From Myxococcota bacterium (GTDB lineage Bacteria; Myxococcota; JACRCW01), in NCBI GenBank assembly GCA_040752415.1, contig JBFMGU010000056.1:1-47147 (forward strand): DNA of 47,147 nt. The letters are read 5' to 3'. Every line of letters starts with the position of its first letter. The stretch's first letter is position 1. Positions 1 through 9,620 of the stretch are shown here, one piece after another. A model generated the notes under the pieces. It was not told where the DNA came from, did not search any database, and saw nothing but the letters and a program-made list of their open reading frames with translations. The position numbers and the translations under genes were made by a program.

Positions 1-407
1 TTCTCCGTCTTGCCCTTCCCGCCCGACGGGGCCCGCGCCAGCGCAATGCCCTTCCCGCCCAGCGGCAGCTTGCACTGGGCCTTCTTGCTGTGCACCGCGC
101 CAGAGAGCAGCTCACCCTTGCGTGCCACCAGCAACACCACGAACACCTTCTGCGTCCCGCAGCCGCTCCCCTCGGAGCAGATGGTGAGCTCGCCGGTGAC
201 GCTGTCATCCATCAGCGTGCCCTTGAGGACCTCCTGGCCCTTCTTGAAGCCGCAGGGGCCGTGCGCGTCCGCCATGACGCCGGTGATCTTCTTGCCTTTC
301 TGCTTGAGGGTGATGTCGCCCAGCGGTGAGACGTAGCGACCGCCCACGGCGGCCTGCGCCCCACCCGCACACAACAACATCCCGAGCACCACCCACGCGC
401 GCACCAT
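1..407 (-). CDS. Secreted hypothetical protein, partial (runs off the left edge of the window)
   Basis: Open frame read by hand, absent from the ORF track because it has no stop in the window: MVRAWVVLGMLLCAGGAQA|AVGGRYVSPLGDITLKQKG... It has a signal-peptide-like N-terminus and GGAG 7 nt upstream. An in-frame ATG at 419 is an alternative start. Confidence 0.7.
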   Translation of the reverse strand, partial: MVRAWVVLGMLLCAGGAQAAVGGRYVSPLGDITLKQKGKKITGVMADAHGPCGFKKGQEVLKGTLMDDSVTGELTICSEGSGCGTQKVFVVLLVARKGELLSGAVHSKKAQCKLPLGGKGIALARAPSGGKGKTE

Positions 408-669
408 CTTGTTCTCCATGTCAAGTGCTTCCACGCAGCAGACGTCACCGAACCGATCCCACCTTTGCGCACCGTGCCCCGCAGCCGCAAGGCGATCCGG
501 CGAGCTACGGATTGCCCGCGGGCTTTGCATGCATTCTCCGTCGAGAAATGCGGGCAACGGACGCGTGAGTCGATCCGAGAATTCGATGAAATCACGCTTG
601 CTGCTCGGCCGCGCGCTCCGGTAGCTTGAGCACTCCAACACAGCGCCGCACGCCAGGGGATCCCGACCC

Positions 670-1032
670 ATGTCCAACAAGAAGGGCTCCGTCACCGTCT
701 CTCTTGCTGGCCATCGCTTCAGCATCCGCAGTGAGCACTCGGAAGCCCACCTGCAGAACCTTGCCAGCTACGTGGACCGCAAGGTCCGTGAGCTGCAGCG
801 GCTTTCCAAGACGGTGGGCACGCAGCAGCTGGCGCTGTTGGCGGCCATGAACATTGCGGATGAGCTGTTTGCCGCGGAGCAGCGGCAGCGGGACTTCAAG
901 CAGCGCGTGCACCGCAAGAGCGAGAATCTCCTGCGCGCAGTGGAGATGGCCATTGCCAGCCAGAATGCCGCGCGCGACAATGCCTCGTCCGCCAAGGTTC
1001 CGGGCCACACCGGGACCGAAGCCAAGATGTGA
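670..1032 (+). CDS. zapA: Cell division protein ZapA
   Basis: VTVSLAGHRFSIRS...LASYVDRKVREL...LALLAAMNIADEL followed by a coiled coil; canonical position upstream of 6S RNA and ygfA. Confidence 0.92.
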   Translation: MSNKKGSVTVSLAGHRFSIRSEHSEAHLQNLASYVDRKVRELQRLSKTVGTQQLALLAAMNIADELFAAEQRQRDFKQRVHRKSENLLRAVEMAIASQNAARDNASSAKVPGHTGTEAKM

Positions 1033-1248
1033 GTTTCCCTGGGGTGTTCGCGATGACCTGGTCGAATTCGGACCGATAGCACTTCCAAGGGGGCAACACC
1101 TTGCGGTGGTGTGCCGCTCCCCCGGTGGGGCCTGCAGCCTGACTGCAGCCGCGTCACCGCGCCGAGCAGCCTGAAGCCGCAATACCAGCTCCCACCTGTC
1201 GCCATGACAGGTCTGAACGACCAGCCACACGGCACATCCGGGGACTTT
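1033..1248 (+). ncRNA. ssrS: 6S RNA (SsrS)
   Basis: Lies between zapA and ygfA. The 5' end (tccctggggtgttcg) pairs imperfectly with the 3' end (cggcacatccgggga); CTGGTCG/CGACCAG and TTCGGACC/GGTCTGAA stems flank a central bubble with a 3'-side hairpin CCTGTC-gccat-GACAGG. Ends are approximate. Confidence 0.88.
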
Positions 1249-1322
1249 CATTTTTCAAGCCGTGCATGACCCACCCACCATGGAATAGCCTCCGAGCGGC
1301 GCTCCCGCTCTGAGGCCCGCTC

Positions 1323-1925
1323 TTGCTGCAACCCTGGCCGGACGTCCCACTCCCCGACGACAAGGACCGCGCGCGCGCCTCCGTCCGCGCCCTGCTCCGC
1401 TCCACTCCACCGTTGCGTGACCCGCTGGCGGCCTCACGTCGCCTGCGTGAATTCGGGGTGATGCCGGCGCGTGGGCGCGTGGGGGTCTATGTGACCATGT
1501 CGTCGGAGACGCCGTTGGGGTGGCTCAGTGAGCCGGAGAGCGCGGGGCGCGTGGCGTACGTGCGATGTCGTGACGACGGGAACCTGGAGCTGGTGGCCTG
1601 GGACGGCGTCACGCCCATGCAGAAGGACGCGGGCGGGGTGATGGCGCCGGGAGGGGATGCGCTCGTGGCTCCGTCGGAGCTGGGCGCGGTGCTTGTTCCC
1701 GGCTTGGCTTTTGATCCCACCGGCGGGAGGCTTGGTCGCGGCAGGGGGTTCTATGATCGGGCGCTGGCGCAGTGGGACCACGCCCTCCGAGTGGCGGTGA
1801 CCCGTGAGGCCCGCCTTTTTTCCCGCGTTCCCACCGCACCCCATGACCAGCCCGTGGACGTGGTGGTGACGGAGGAGCGCGTTCACTGGACGGGCGCACG
1901 CGGTCTGCGTGGGCCTGGCAGATAG
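1323..1925 (+). CDS. ygfA: 5-formyltetrahydrofolate cyclo-ligase
   Basis: LVPGLAFDPTGGRLGRGRGFYDR and PHDQPVD motifs; follows 6S RNA. The TTG start is uncertain. Confidence 0.9.
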   Translation: MLQPWPDVPLPDDKDRARASVRALLRSTPPLRDPLAASRRLREFGVMPARGRVGVYVTMSSETPLGWLSEPESAGRVAYVRCRDDGNLELVAWDGVTPMQKDAGGVMAPGGDALVAPSELGAVLVPGLAFDPTGGRLGRGRGFYDRALAQWDHALRVAVTREARLFSRVPTAPHDQPVDVVVTEERVHWTGARGLRGPGR

Positions 1926-1928
1926 AGG

Positions 1929-3569
1929 GTGGTCATGGACAACGGCCTGTTGGCCCTTGGACTGACCGTGCTGGTGGTGGTGGTGGCGGCCGTGGCGTCG
2001 ACGGTGGCCTACCGCCTGGGACTGGGAGCCGGCACGGCCAGGGGCACGTTGGAAGGTGAAGCCCGTGCGGAGGAGCGCGCACGCAAACTGCTGGGCAGCG
2101 CGGAGGAACGCGCCAAGCAGCTCACCGCGCAGGCGGAGGAGGCGCGCGCCGCGCTCGTCAAAAAGGCCGAGCTGGAAGCGCGCGAGGCGGGACTCAAGGT
2201 GGAGCGCGAGGCGCAGGAGTCGCTGCGGGCTCGTCGGGAGGAGCTGGAGAAGGAGCTGGCGCGGGAGGCCGAGCGGCTCCGCAACCGTGAGCAACAACTG
2301 GAGCGGAAGCAGCACGCCCTGGACACGCGCCTGGAGGACGTTCAACGCCAGCGCGACGACGTGGAGAAGGTGCGCGGCCGGATCGAGCTGCGTGAGAGCG
2401 AGGTGGAGCGTCGCCTGGGTGAGGTGCGCGCCAAGCTGGAGCAGACGGCGGGACTGAGCAGCGAGGAGGCGCGCAAGGCGCTCACCGCCGCCGTGGAGGC
2501 CGAAGCGCGACTGGATGCCGCCAAGCGGGTGCGCCACGTGGAAGAGGAGGCGCGCGAGGAGGCGGAGAGTCGCGCCAAGCGCATTGTGGGGATGGCCATC
2601 CAGCGGTACGCCGGCGAGTACGTGGCGGAGCGGACCATCAGCACCGTGACGCTGCCCAATGACGAGATGAAGGGCCGCATCATCGGGCGCGAGGGCCGCA
2701 ACATCCGCGCGCTGGAGCAGGCCACGGGCGTGGACCTCATCGTCGACGACACGCCGGAGGCGGTGGTCATCAGCGGCTTCGACCCCGTGCGACGCGAGGT
2801 GGCGCGACTGGCCCTGGAGTCCCTGGTTGCCGACGGACGCATCCACCCGAGCCGCATCGAGGAGGCGGTGGACCGCGCCAGGCAGCAGGTGGACAAGAGC
2901 ATCAAGGACGCCGGGGAGCGTGCGTGCATCGAGCTGGGTCTGACGGGAGTCCACCCGGAGGTGCAGCGGCTCGTGGGACGGCTGCGCTACCGGACCAGCT
3001 ACACGCAGAACCAGTGGCAGCACTCCGTGGAGGTGGCGTTCATCTGCGGCGCCATGGCCAGCGAGCTGGGCGTCAACGTGAAGCAGGCGCGTCGGGCGGG
3101 GCTGCTGCATGACATTGGCAAGGCGCTCACGCACGAGCAGGACGGATCCCACGCCGTCATCGGCGCCGACTATGCCAAGCGCTACGACGAGCACCCGGAC
3201 ATCCTGCACTGCATCCGCTGCCACCACCTCGACGAGGAACCGCGCACCCTGCTGGCCCACCTGACCATGGCGGCGGACGCGGTGAGTGGCGCGCGACCGG
3301 GCGCACGAAGGGAACACCTGGAGAACTACGTGCAGCGGCTTGAGGAGCTGGAGCGCATTGCCAACGGATTTGCCGGCGTGGAGCGCAGCTTCGCGGTGCA
3401 GGCGGGTCGGGAGGTGCGCGTGCTGGTGGAGAGCGACAAGGTCACCGACGAGGCCGCGGTGATGCTGAGCCGCGACATCGCCAAGATGATCGAGTCGGAG
3501 ATGACCTACCCGGGGCAGATCAAGGTGACCGTCATCCGTGAGACGCGGGTCACCGAGTACGCGCGCTGA
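1929..3569 (+). CDS. rny: Ribonuclease Y
   Basis: N-terminal TM helix, long coiled coil, KH domain (KGRIIGREGRNIR), HD domain (LLHDIGK), C-terminal YPGQIKVTVIRE. ATG at 1935 is an alternative start. Confidence 0.97.
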   Translation: MVMDNGLLALGLTVLVVVVAAVASTVAYRLGLGAGTARGTLEGEARAEERARKLLGSAEERAKQLTAQAEEARAALVKKAELEAREAGLKVEREAQESLRARREELEKELAREAERLRNREQQLERKQHALDTRLEDVQRQRDDVEKVRGRIELRESEVERRLGEVRAKLEQTAGLSSEEARKALTAAVEAEARLDAAKRVRHVEEEAREEAESRAKRIVGMAIQRYAGEYVAERTISTVTLPNDEMKGRIIGREGRNIRALEQATGVDLIVDDTPEAVVISGFDPVRREVARLALESLVADGRIHPSRIEEAVDRARQQVDKSIKDAGERACIELGLTGVHPEVQRLVGRLRYRTSYTQNQWQHSVEVAFICGAMASELGVNVKQARRAGLLHDIGKALTHEQDGSHAVIGADYAKRYDEHPDILHCIRCHHLDEEPRTLLAHLTMAADAVSGARPGARREHLENYVQRLEELERIANGFAGVERSFAVQAGREVRVLVESDKVTDEAAVMLSRDIAKMIESEMTYPGQIKVTVIRETRVTEYAR

Positions 3570-3603
3570 TGCCCGACGCGGAGCCGTTCCCGTCGTTGTC
3601 GTG

Positions 3604-4203
3604 TGCAGTCGGACACCTAACCCCCCGCGTTCACGCTGCTGCGCGCGCTCGCCCCCCTTCCCCAGAACCGTTTTGTCGTCGTCACCGGGCGGGGGAAGGG
3701 GGGCACGCATTGGGCGCGAGGCGTCTTCTCGTCGGAAAAGACGTGGGACTCACCGATTGCCCCTTCCCCCGCCCGGTGACGACGACAAACCCACGTGATC
3801 CGCATCAGCGCGTCAGGCGACCGTCGGTGTCACCCGCAGCCGAGGCTGCACCTGGAAATGCACCAAGCCTGGCCTCGAAGCCCGCCTGCACGACGTGACC
3901 GCGCCAGGCTCCGCGTTGGTGGCGGTAGGGCACATGGTGTGCGGCATCCACGTTGGCGAAAGGACCTCCATCCCGTCGCTGCTCTCAACCACGATCCTAC
4001 CGGCTCCCAACGTGGAGCCTGGCGCGGTCACGTCGTGCAGGCGGGCTTCGAGGCCAGGCTTGGTGCATTTCCAGGTGCAGCCTCGGCCGCCGGTGATCCC
4101 CCCGCCATCCGCTGATCCGCATCACGTGGGACAAAACGGTTCTGGGGAAGGGGGGCGAGCGCGCGCAGCGGCACGAACGCGGGGGGTTGGGTGTTCGACG
4201 GCA
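3604..4203. repeat. Nested long inverted-repeat (foldback) element, about 600 bp
   Basis: Arms: 3604-3677/4130-4203 (68 of 74 match), 3672-3701/3760-3789 (30 of 30), 3790-3810/4110-4130 (19 of 21), 3839-3912/4014-4087 (74 of 74). Confidence 0.95.
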
Positions 4204-4237
4204 TCGCCGCACCCACGGGATAACCAGCGAAGTCGAT

Positions 4238-5266
4238 TCAGCGCACCAAGCGCGGGAGCAGCTGGACCTTCCCGCCCTCGACGAGAACGCTGAACTTCAC
4301 GCCCTTGCAGCCGTGCTTGTCCATCAGCTGCTTCTCGGTGGCGGCCAGCGTTTCCTGGAACCCGTCGAACGTGAGGTCATCCGTGCGCTCCCCCACGCGC
4401 CCCAGCGACGCCACGTACTCCTGGAACACGCTGTGGAAGTGCGCCTGGCGGCTGGTGGCGTCGAGCGGGATGGGCGTCTTGCTGGGGGTGAGGTTGACGT
4501 CCGCGGGAAGGGACGCGGAGGCGGGTGGCGCCATGGCAATCACCGGCGGCTGGGACGCGTTCCCCGACGTGGCGGGCGCGGGCGTCGAGACGGGCGGCGG
4601 CTGGGACGCATTCGACGGTGGCTGCGTGGGCGCGGTGCTGGTTTCCGCGGGTGCGGCCACCGGTGGGCCCTCCGCCGGCATGGGCGCCAACGGCGCAAGC
4701 CTCCCGGATGACGACGAGACGGACGCGTCCGGCGGCAGCGGCGCCACGCGCGCGGAGTTGCTGGGGATGCTGACTTCCGACGACAACGGCCGCACCGAGG
4801 AACTCTGTGGCGGCGGCGCGGGCTCCTCCCTGCGCGGCACCGCCCGCGGCGCCCCCACGGTGGGATCCTCCAGCACGGAGTCATTGAGACGCATCCGCGG
4901 GTCGGTTTCCCCGCGCTTGCGCACGCGCACCTGGCCCACGGAGGGGTCCTGTGCATCCGCCAGCGACCCGATGGCCTCATTGGCGGCGATGGCCAGGTGA
5001 CGTACCAGCGGCTCACGGTCGACGTCGAAGCGGAGGTCCTTGCGGCCGCGCGCCACGTCGGAGAGCCCGTCGGCAATGCGCTTGATGCCCGCGTCCTGGC
5101 GCGCCGCAATCCACAACGTCAGCAGCGTGACCGCCACGCCGGTGGCCAGGCCCACCATGAGGGTGCGACCGCCCATCCCCGGCGCCACGGCCTCCACCAT
5201 GAGCCAGTTGAGGACGGCGGAGGCCACCATGAGGCCGCCCACGGACAACGTCACCCTTGCCTTCAT
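4238..5266 (-). CDS. Membrane protein with HAMP-like segment, Pro/Ser-rich linker and MXAN_5187-type C-terminal domain
   Basis: True start MKARVTL at 5266, overlapping the upstream stop (ATGA). Two TMs, then IKRIADGLSDVARG...LAIAANEAIGSL, ending VFQEYVASLGRVGE...LMDKHGCKGVKFSVLVEGGKVQL. Confidence 0.8.
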   Translation of the reverse strand: MKARVTLSVGGLMVASAVLNWLMVEAVAPGMGGRTLMVGLATGVAVTLLTLWIAARQDAGIKRIADGLSDVARGRKDLRFDVDREPLVRHLAIAANEAIGSLADAQDPSVGQVRVRKRGETDPRMRLNDSVLEDPTVGAPRAVPRREEPAPPPQSSSVRPLSSEVSIPSNSARVAPLPPDASVSSSSGRLAPLAPMPAEGPPVAAPAETSTAPTQPPSNASQPPPVSTPAPATSGNASQPPVIAMAPPASASLPADVNLTPSKTPIPLDATSRQAHFHSVFQEYVASLGRVGERTDDLTFDGFQETLAATEKQLMDKHGCKGVKFSVLVEGGKVQLLPRLVR

Positions 5267-5865
5267 GGCTGTCCCGACTCCTGCCTGCCCGCGCCCATGG
5301 ACTCCACGTGCCTGCGCCACGCGTCCGCGGCCTCCGGCCCCTGCCCCAGCGTCGTCCCGGCGCGACGCTCCAATGCCAACCGCGCCGCCTCCCGCACCGA
5401 CGGCTGCGGGTCCCTCAGCAGGTCCACCAGGTCGCGGAGATACAGCGTGCCGGTGCGGTACCCCGCCACCTCCGCCGCCAGCGCCCGAACGCGCGCGTCC
5501 GGATTGCGCAGCAGCGCGGCCACGGGGTCCGGCGTGCGGAAGTGGTCCCGACCGCTCTGGTAGTCGCGCAGGCCGCCGGGCAGCAGGAGCGTGAGCAGGG
5601 CCAGGCCAAAGGCCACCTGGAAGAACGCCTTCCCCGACGGGTAGCGCCCGCGTCGCACCAGCAGCACGCGGTCCACCGCGTAGAGCACCAGCGCCACCGA
5701 GAAGAGGACCGCGGGCACCAGGCGCCACTCCGGCGCCAGCGTCCCCGCCATGACGCGCACCTGGATCTCCTCGATGCCGAAGAAGGCCACGAGCGCACTG
5801 ACGACGAGCGCGACATACAGCAGCGCACGCAGCCGGCTGGCGTTGACGTTGGGCGGGGCGCTCAC
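5263..5865 (-). CDS. Membrane protein with HEAT repeats
   Basis: Three TM segments, then LLRNPDARVRALAAEVAG and LLRDPQPSVREAARLAL. GTG start at 5865 is inferred. Confidence 0.75.
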   Translation of the reverse strand: MSAPPNVNASRLRALLYVALVVSALVAFFGIEEIQVRVMAGTLAPEWRLVPAVLFSVALVLYAVDRVLLVRRGRYPSGKAFFQVAFGLALLTLLLPGGLRDYQSGRDHFRTPDPVAALLRNPDARVRALAAEVAGYRTGTLYLRDLVDLLRDPQPSVREAARLALERRAGTTLGQGPEAADAWRRHVESMGAGRQESGQP

Positions 5866-5989
5866 TCGAAACCTTTCAGCGGACGACGACAACAACGCAC
5901 GGACCAGGCACCGCTTGAGCACAACGGCCGGGCCGGCGGGCGGGCGTATAGCGGAACACGCGGCGGGAAGAAAGCATCCCCGTGCGGCA

Positions 5990-7126
5990 TCACGCAGGCG
6001 CAGCCAGTGCGGGACGGGACGGAGAGAACGCGCCCAGGTCGACACCCGGCTCCTCTCCCAGGGCCAGGTGGGCCATCACCTTGGCCGTGATGGGCGTGAG
6101 CAGGATGCCGTTGCGCAGGTGTCCCGCCGCCACCAGCAGGCCGGAAATGGGCGAGCGACCGAGGATGGGGAGCCCGTCGGCACTGGCGGGACGCAGGCCG
6201 GCCCAGCCCTCGCGCAGGCTGGCGGTGGAGAGCGCCGGGAGCGCACGCATGGCGACGTCCAGGAGCCCGTGCATGGCCTTGGCGGTGGTGCGCGCGTCGT
6301 AGCCCGCCTCCTCCATGGTGGCGCCCACGAGCACGTCGTGGTGGCCCTCCGCGCTGCCCGCGAGGCGGGGCACCAGGTAGCCCCCGCTGGAGAACACCGG
6401 TCGCCGCAGCAGTGGGCCATTGGCCTGGAGCACGAGCATCTGCCCCCGCACCGGTCGCACCGCCTTGGAGGCCAGCCCCGTCCCCTCCACCCGGCTCGAC
6501 CACGACCCCGCCGTCAACGCCACCACGTCCGCCCCGAGCGTGCGTCCCGGCACCACCACGCCGGTCACCGCCCCTCCGCGCGTCAGGAGCCGCTCCGCGG
6601 GCACGTCCACCAGGTGCTCGACGCCAACCGACTGCAGCGCGGCACCCAGCACGTCGGTGAGCATGGCCGCGTCCACCTGCCCGTCGTCAGGGAGGAACAG
6701 TGCGCCGTGGGGGGCGGGGGCCAGCTCGGGCTCCAGCGCGCGCAGCCCTTCCGTCGTCAACCACTGCGCATGCAGACCCTGCTCATGCTGCCACGCCTGC
6801 TGCTTGCGCAGCTCCTCCGCGTGCGCCTCCGACGAGGCCACCACCAGGATGCCCTGCCACGACGAGGGAACCGCGCGCCGGGCCACCGCCTGCAGCCGCT
6901 CCAGGAACCCGGGATACGCCCCGCGCGAGGCCAGCGCGAGCGGGACCAGCGGGCTGGGCTCCTTGCACTCCACCTGGGGCGCCAGCATTCCGCCCGCCAC
7001 CAGGCTGGCCTTGCCGGGATGATGGTTCGCGTCGACGAGGGTGACCTTCAGCCCGCGTTCCGCGAGAAACCACGCCGTGGCGCGTCCCAGGACGCCACCA
7101 CCCACCACCACCGCCCGCTGCTTCAC
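5990..7126 (-). CDS. thiO: Glycine oxidase ThiO (DAO family)
   Basis: VVGGGVLG FAD motif, ASLVAGGMLAP, VRPVRGQM, WAGLRP, GHLRNGILL. Confidence 0.85.
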   Translation of the reverse strand: MKQRAVVVGGGVLGRATAWFLAERGLKVTLVDANHHPGKASLVAGGMLAPQVECKEPSPLVPLALASRGAYPGFLERLQAVARRAVPSSWQGILVVASSEAHAEELRKQQAWQHEQGLHAQWLTTEGLRALEPELAPAPHGALFLPDDGQVDAAMLTDVLGAALQSVGVEHLVDVPAERLLTRGGAVTGVVVPGRTLGADVVALTAGSWSSRVEGTGLASKAVRPVRGQMLVLQANGPLLRRPVFSSGGYLVPRLAGSAEGHHDVLVGATMEEAGYDARTTAKAMHGLLDVAMRALPALSTASLREGWAGLRPASADGLPILGRSPISGLLVAAGHLRNGILLTPITAKVMAHLALGEEPGVDLGAFSPSRPALAAPA

Positions 7127-8487
7127 TGCTCGCCCTTGGGCAACGGTCCCCAGGCCGGGGTGCTGAGGTTGCCCTTGTCCGCCGTGACCTGGCGCTGCTG
7201 CGTCCCGTCGGCGGTGGAGATGATGAGCTGGCTGCTGCCGTTGCGGTCGGAGGTGAAGGCCAGGAGGCGGCCGTTGGGGGCCCAGGTGGGCTCCTCGTTG
7301 TTGCCCTGGTCCTGCGTGATGCGGTCGATCTTGTTGGTGTTCACGTCGACGACGAACACGTCGAACACCAGGCGCTCGTCGCGGGCGGTGAAGGCAATCT
7401 TGTCACCGCGCGGGCTCCAGTCCGGGGTCTGGTTGTAGTTGCCCTGGAACGTGATGCGCTTGGCGCTCTTGTCACCGGCCTCCACGTCCATGACGTAGAT
7501 CTGCGGCGAGCCACCACGCGCACTGACGAATGCGATCTTCTTGCCATCCGGGCTCCACGACGGGGAGGAGTCGATCTGCGGGTCATTGGTGAGCCGCTTC
7601 ACGATCTCGCCGTTGCGGTCCAGCAGGTAGATCTCCGAGTTGCCGTCCTTGGAGAGCGTGACGGCCACGAACTTTCCGTCGGGGCTGACCACGCCACCGG
7701 TGTTGAGGCCGGGGCGGTTGCTGAGCTTGGTGACACCGGGGCTGTAGAGGTTGACGCGGTAGAGGTCCGGGCCGCCGTTGATGTAGCTGGTGAACACCAG
7801 GGACTGGCCGTCCGGGTCCCAGCCCGGCAGCAGGTTGATGGCGTCGGGGAGGTTCAGCGACTTGCCGTTCTTCCCGTCGACGTCGACGAGGAAGATGTCC
7901 TTCTTGCCCTTGTACTGGCGCACGGTGGCAATGCGGGTGCGGAACACGCCGGTCTCACGCGTGTAGTAGTGGTAGACGTCGTCGGCAATGCGGTGCGCCA
8001 TGCGACGTTCCGCGGTCTTGTCGCCCTCGTACCGGACGGAGAGCACTTCGCGGGTTTGCGCCACGTCGTAGAGATGGGCCTCCAGGATGCGCTTGTCTCC
8101 GTCCTGGGTGTAGCCGACCTTGAGCAGACCCGTGGCGCCGATGTTGAGCCAGTCCGCCATGTTGAACGTGCCAGCGACGATGCCCTCCTTCTGCGCATTG
8201 GGCAGGTAGCCGGCGGGGTCCAGGATCTTGAACACGCCGCAGATGGTGAGGTCGTCGCGGAGGACCTTGGTGACTTCCTTGGCGGCGTCACCGGCGGGGT
8301 CGGGGCGGAGCGGGCTGCCTTCCGGCGCGGGCGCGCTGCCCTTCATGACCTTGACGTCGGGTATGGCGAGCGGAAGGGCCTGGAAGCCGGCGCCGGAGAT
8401 GTCAATGAGCGGCTGCCCGCCCGCCTGCTGACCTGCCTGGGCGCTCAGCGCGAGGAGGACCATCAACCCTGAAGTGGACAGACCCAT
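7123..8487 (-). CDS. tolB: Tol-Pal system beta-propeller protein TolB
   Basis: Signal peptide, TolB N-domain (AHRIADDVY), and PD40 repeats (SPSWSPDGKKIAF, PDWSPRGDKIAF, PTWAPNGRLLAF). Confidence 0.92.
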   Translation of the reverse strand: MGLSTSGLMVLLALSAQAGQQAGGQPLIDISGAGFQALPLAIPDVKVMKGSAPAPEGSPLRPDPAGDAAKEVTKVLRDDLTICGVFKILDPAGYLPNAQKEGIVAGTFNMADWLNIGATGLLKVGYTQDGDKRILEAHLYDVAQTREVLSVRYEGDKTAERRMAHRIADDVYHYYTRETGVFRTRIATVRQYKGKKDIFLVDVDGKNGKSLNLPDAINLLPGWDPDGQSLVFTSYINGGPDLYRVNLYSPGVTKLSNRPGLNTGGVVSPDGKFVAVTLSKDGNSEIYLLDRNGEIVKRLTNDPQIDSSPSWSPDGKKIAFVSARGGSPQIYVMDVEAGDKSAKRITFQGNYNQTPDWSPRGDKIAFTARDERLVFDVFVVDVNTNKIDRITQDQGNNEEPTWAPNGRLLAFTSDRNGSSQLIISTADGTQQRQVTADKGNLSTPAWGPLPKGEQ

Positions 8488-8565
8488 TCTTGTTGGCTCC
8501 GCAATGAAGGAGCGCCTCCATACCGCGAGGCGCCCGCCGACGCACGCCCTTTGACGACGACCCGC

Positions 8566-9585
8566 TCAGATGGGGCGCATGGTCACGGTGTAGACGGACA
8601 CCTGTCCCGGCGCCACGTTGTGCTCCAGCTGACCCGACCAGTTGACGGTGGTCCCGCCCTCATTCCCCACCGCCTCCACGACGGTGCGCCAGTCGCCGGG
8701 CAGGAACGTGGTGCGCAGCGCGTGTCCATCCACGCAGTCCGCCTCGAACGAGTCCTCCGGGGAGGTGCGACCCAGGCGGTAGATGCGCACGGTGACGCGG
8801 GTGACGCCGGCGGTCTGGCAGGTGCGTCCCTCCAAGGTCCAGTTGACGTCGAGGTCGCCGAAGTTGTCGGTGAGGACGTTGAGCTGGACCACGCCCAAGT
8901 CGGTGATGGTGTCGGACTGGATGGTGACGGCCACGTTGGACGCCCGGTAGTAGGTGACATCCAGGTCGTTGTACGTGCCCATGCCCTCCAGCGTGACCAG
9001 ATAGTTGCCCGGTGCGATGTCGGCGATGCCGGTGGGACCGTTGAGGCAGTCGGTGACGTCGTCAAACACGGTCTGCCCGGCGTCATCCACCATGATGATG
9101 CGCACGTTGTCCACACCGGCCACGTCGCACGCCGGCGTGGGGTCCGCGTCCACCTGCTGGAAGGTCCAGTCCACGCGCAGCTCCCCCGGCGTGTTCACCA
9201 CCCGGCGCAGGTCCAGCGTCCCCAGGTCCGTGGTCCCGCCGCCGAGAATCACGAAGTTCTCGTCGTCCTCGAAGAGCACCACCGCCTCGTCCTCACTGAG
9301 CTTGCGCACGCCCTGCAGCGTGAGGCGGTACTCACCCTCGCGCAGATCCTCGACGGAGACCTGTCCATCCGCGCAGGGCAGCCCGGTGGGCCCCACGTTG
9401 TTGCCGCTGCCTTCCACGCGGGTGATGGTGACCACCACCTCGTCGACGCCCACCTGCGCGCAGTCCGTGGTGCCGCCCAGCGTCCAGGCCACCTTGAGGT
9501 CCCCCGAGAAGTTCTCGCGCGTCTCCAGGAACAGGCACCCGCTGCCGACGAGCAGGACGGACAACGCAACCAGGGCTCTCAACAT
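8566..9585 (-). CDS. Lipoprotein with three Cys-paired beta-rich repeats
   Basis: GGAGGT RBS; lipobox VGSG-C; three repeats GxLxVxWT..C..xGV..V.i....C..G. Confidence 0.8.
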   Translation of the reverse strand: MLRALVALSVLLVGSGCLFLETRENFSGDLKVAWTLGGTTDCAQVGVDEVVVTITRVEGSGNNVGPTGLPCADGQVSVEDLREGEYRLTLQGVRKLSEDEAVVLFEDDENFVILGGGTTDLGTLDLRRVVNTPGELRVDWTFQQVDADPTPACDVAGVDNVRIIMVDDAGQTVFDDVTDCLNGPTGIADIAPGNYLVTLEGMGTYNDLDVTYYRASNVAVTIQSDTITDLGVVQLNVLTDNFGDLDVNWTLEGRTCQTAGVTRVTVRIYRLGRTSPEDSFEADCVDGHALRTTFLPGDWRTVVEAVGNEGGTTVNWSGQLEHNVAPGQVSVYTVTMRPI

Positions 9586-9620
9586 GGCACCTCCATGGAC
9601 AAGGAAGAACACACGACTGT

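Noticed and set aside
1266..1325. Possible TGA (selenocysteine) readthrough extending ygfA from the ATG at 1266
   Set aside because: The in-frame TGA at 1311 lies in a non-conserved region with no redox motif or evident SECIS.
1434..3710. Long antisense ORFs (also 5750-7438, 27216-29489, 42769-44625, 44896-47094)
   Set aside because: Shadow frames typical of high-GC coding DNA, lying opposite well-supported genes.
3538..4293. Short ORFs inside the rny foldback
   Set aside because: The same peptides appear on both strands only because of the palindromes; no RBS or family motifs.
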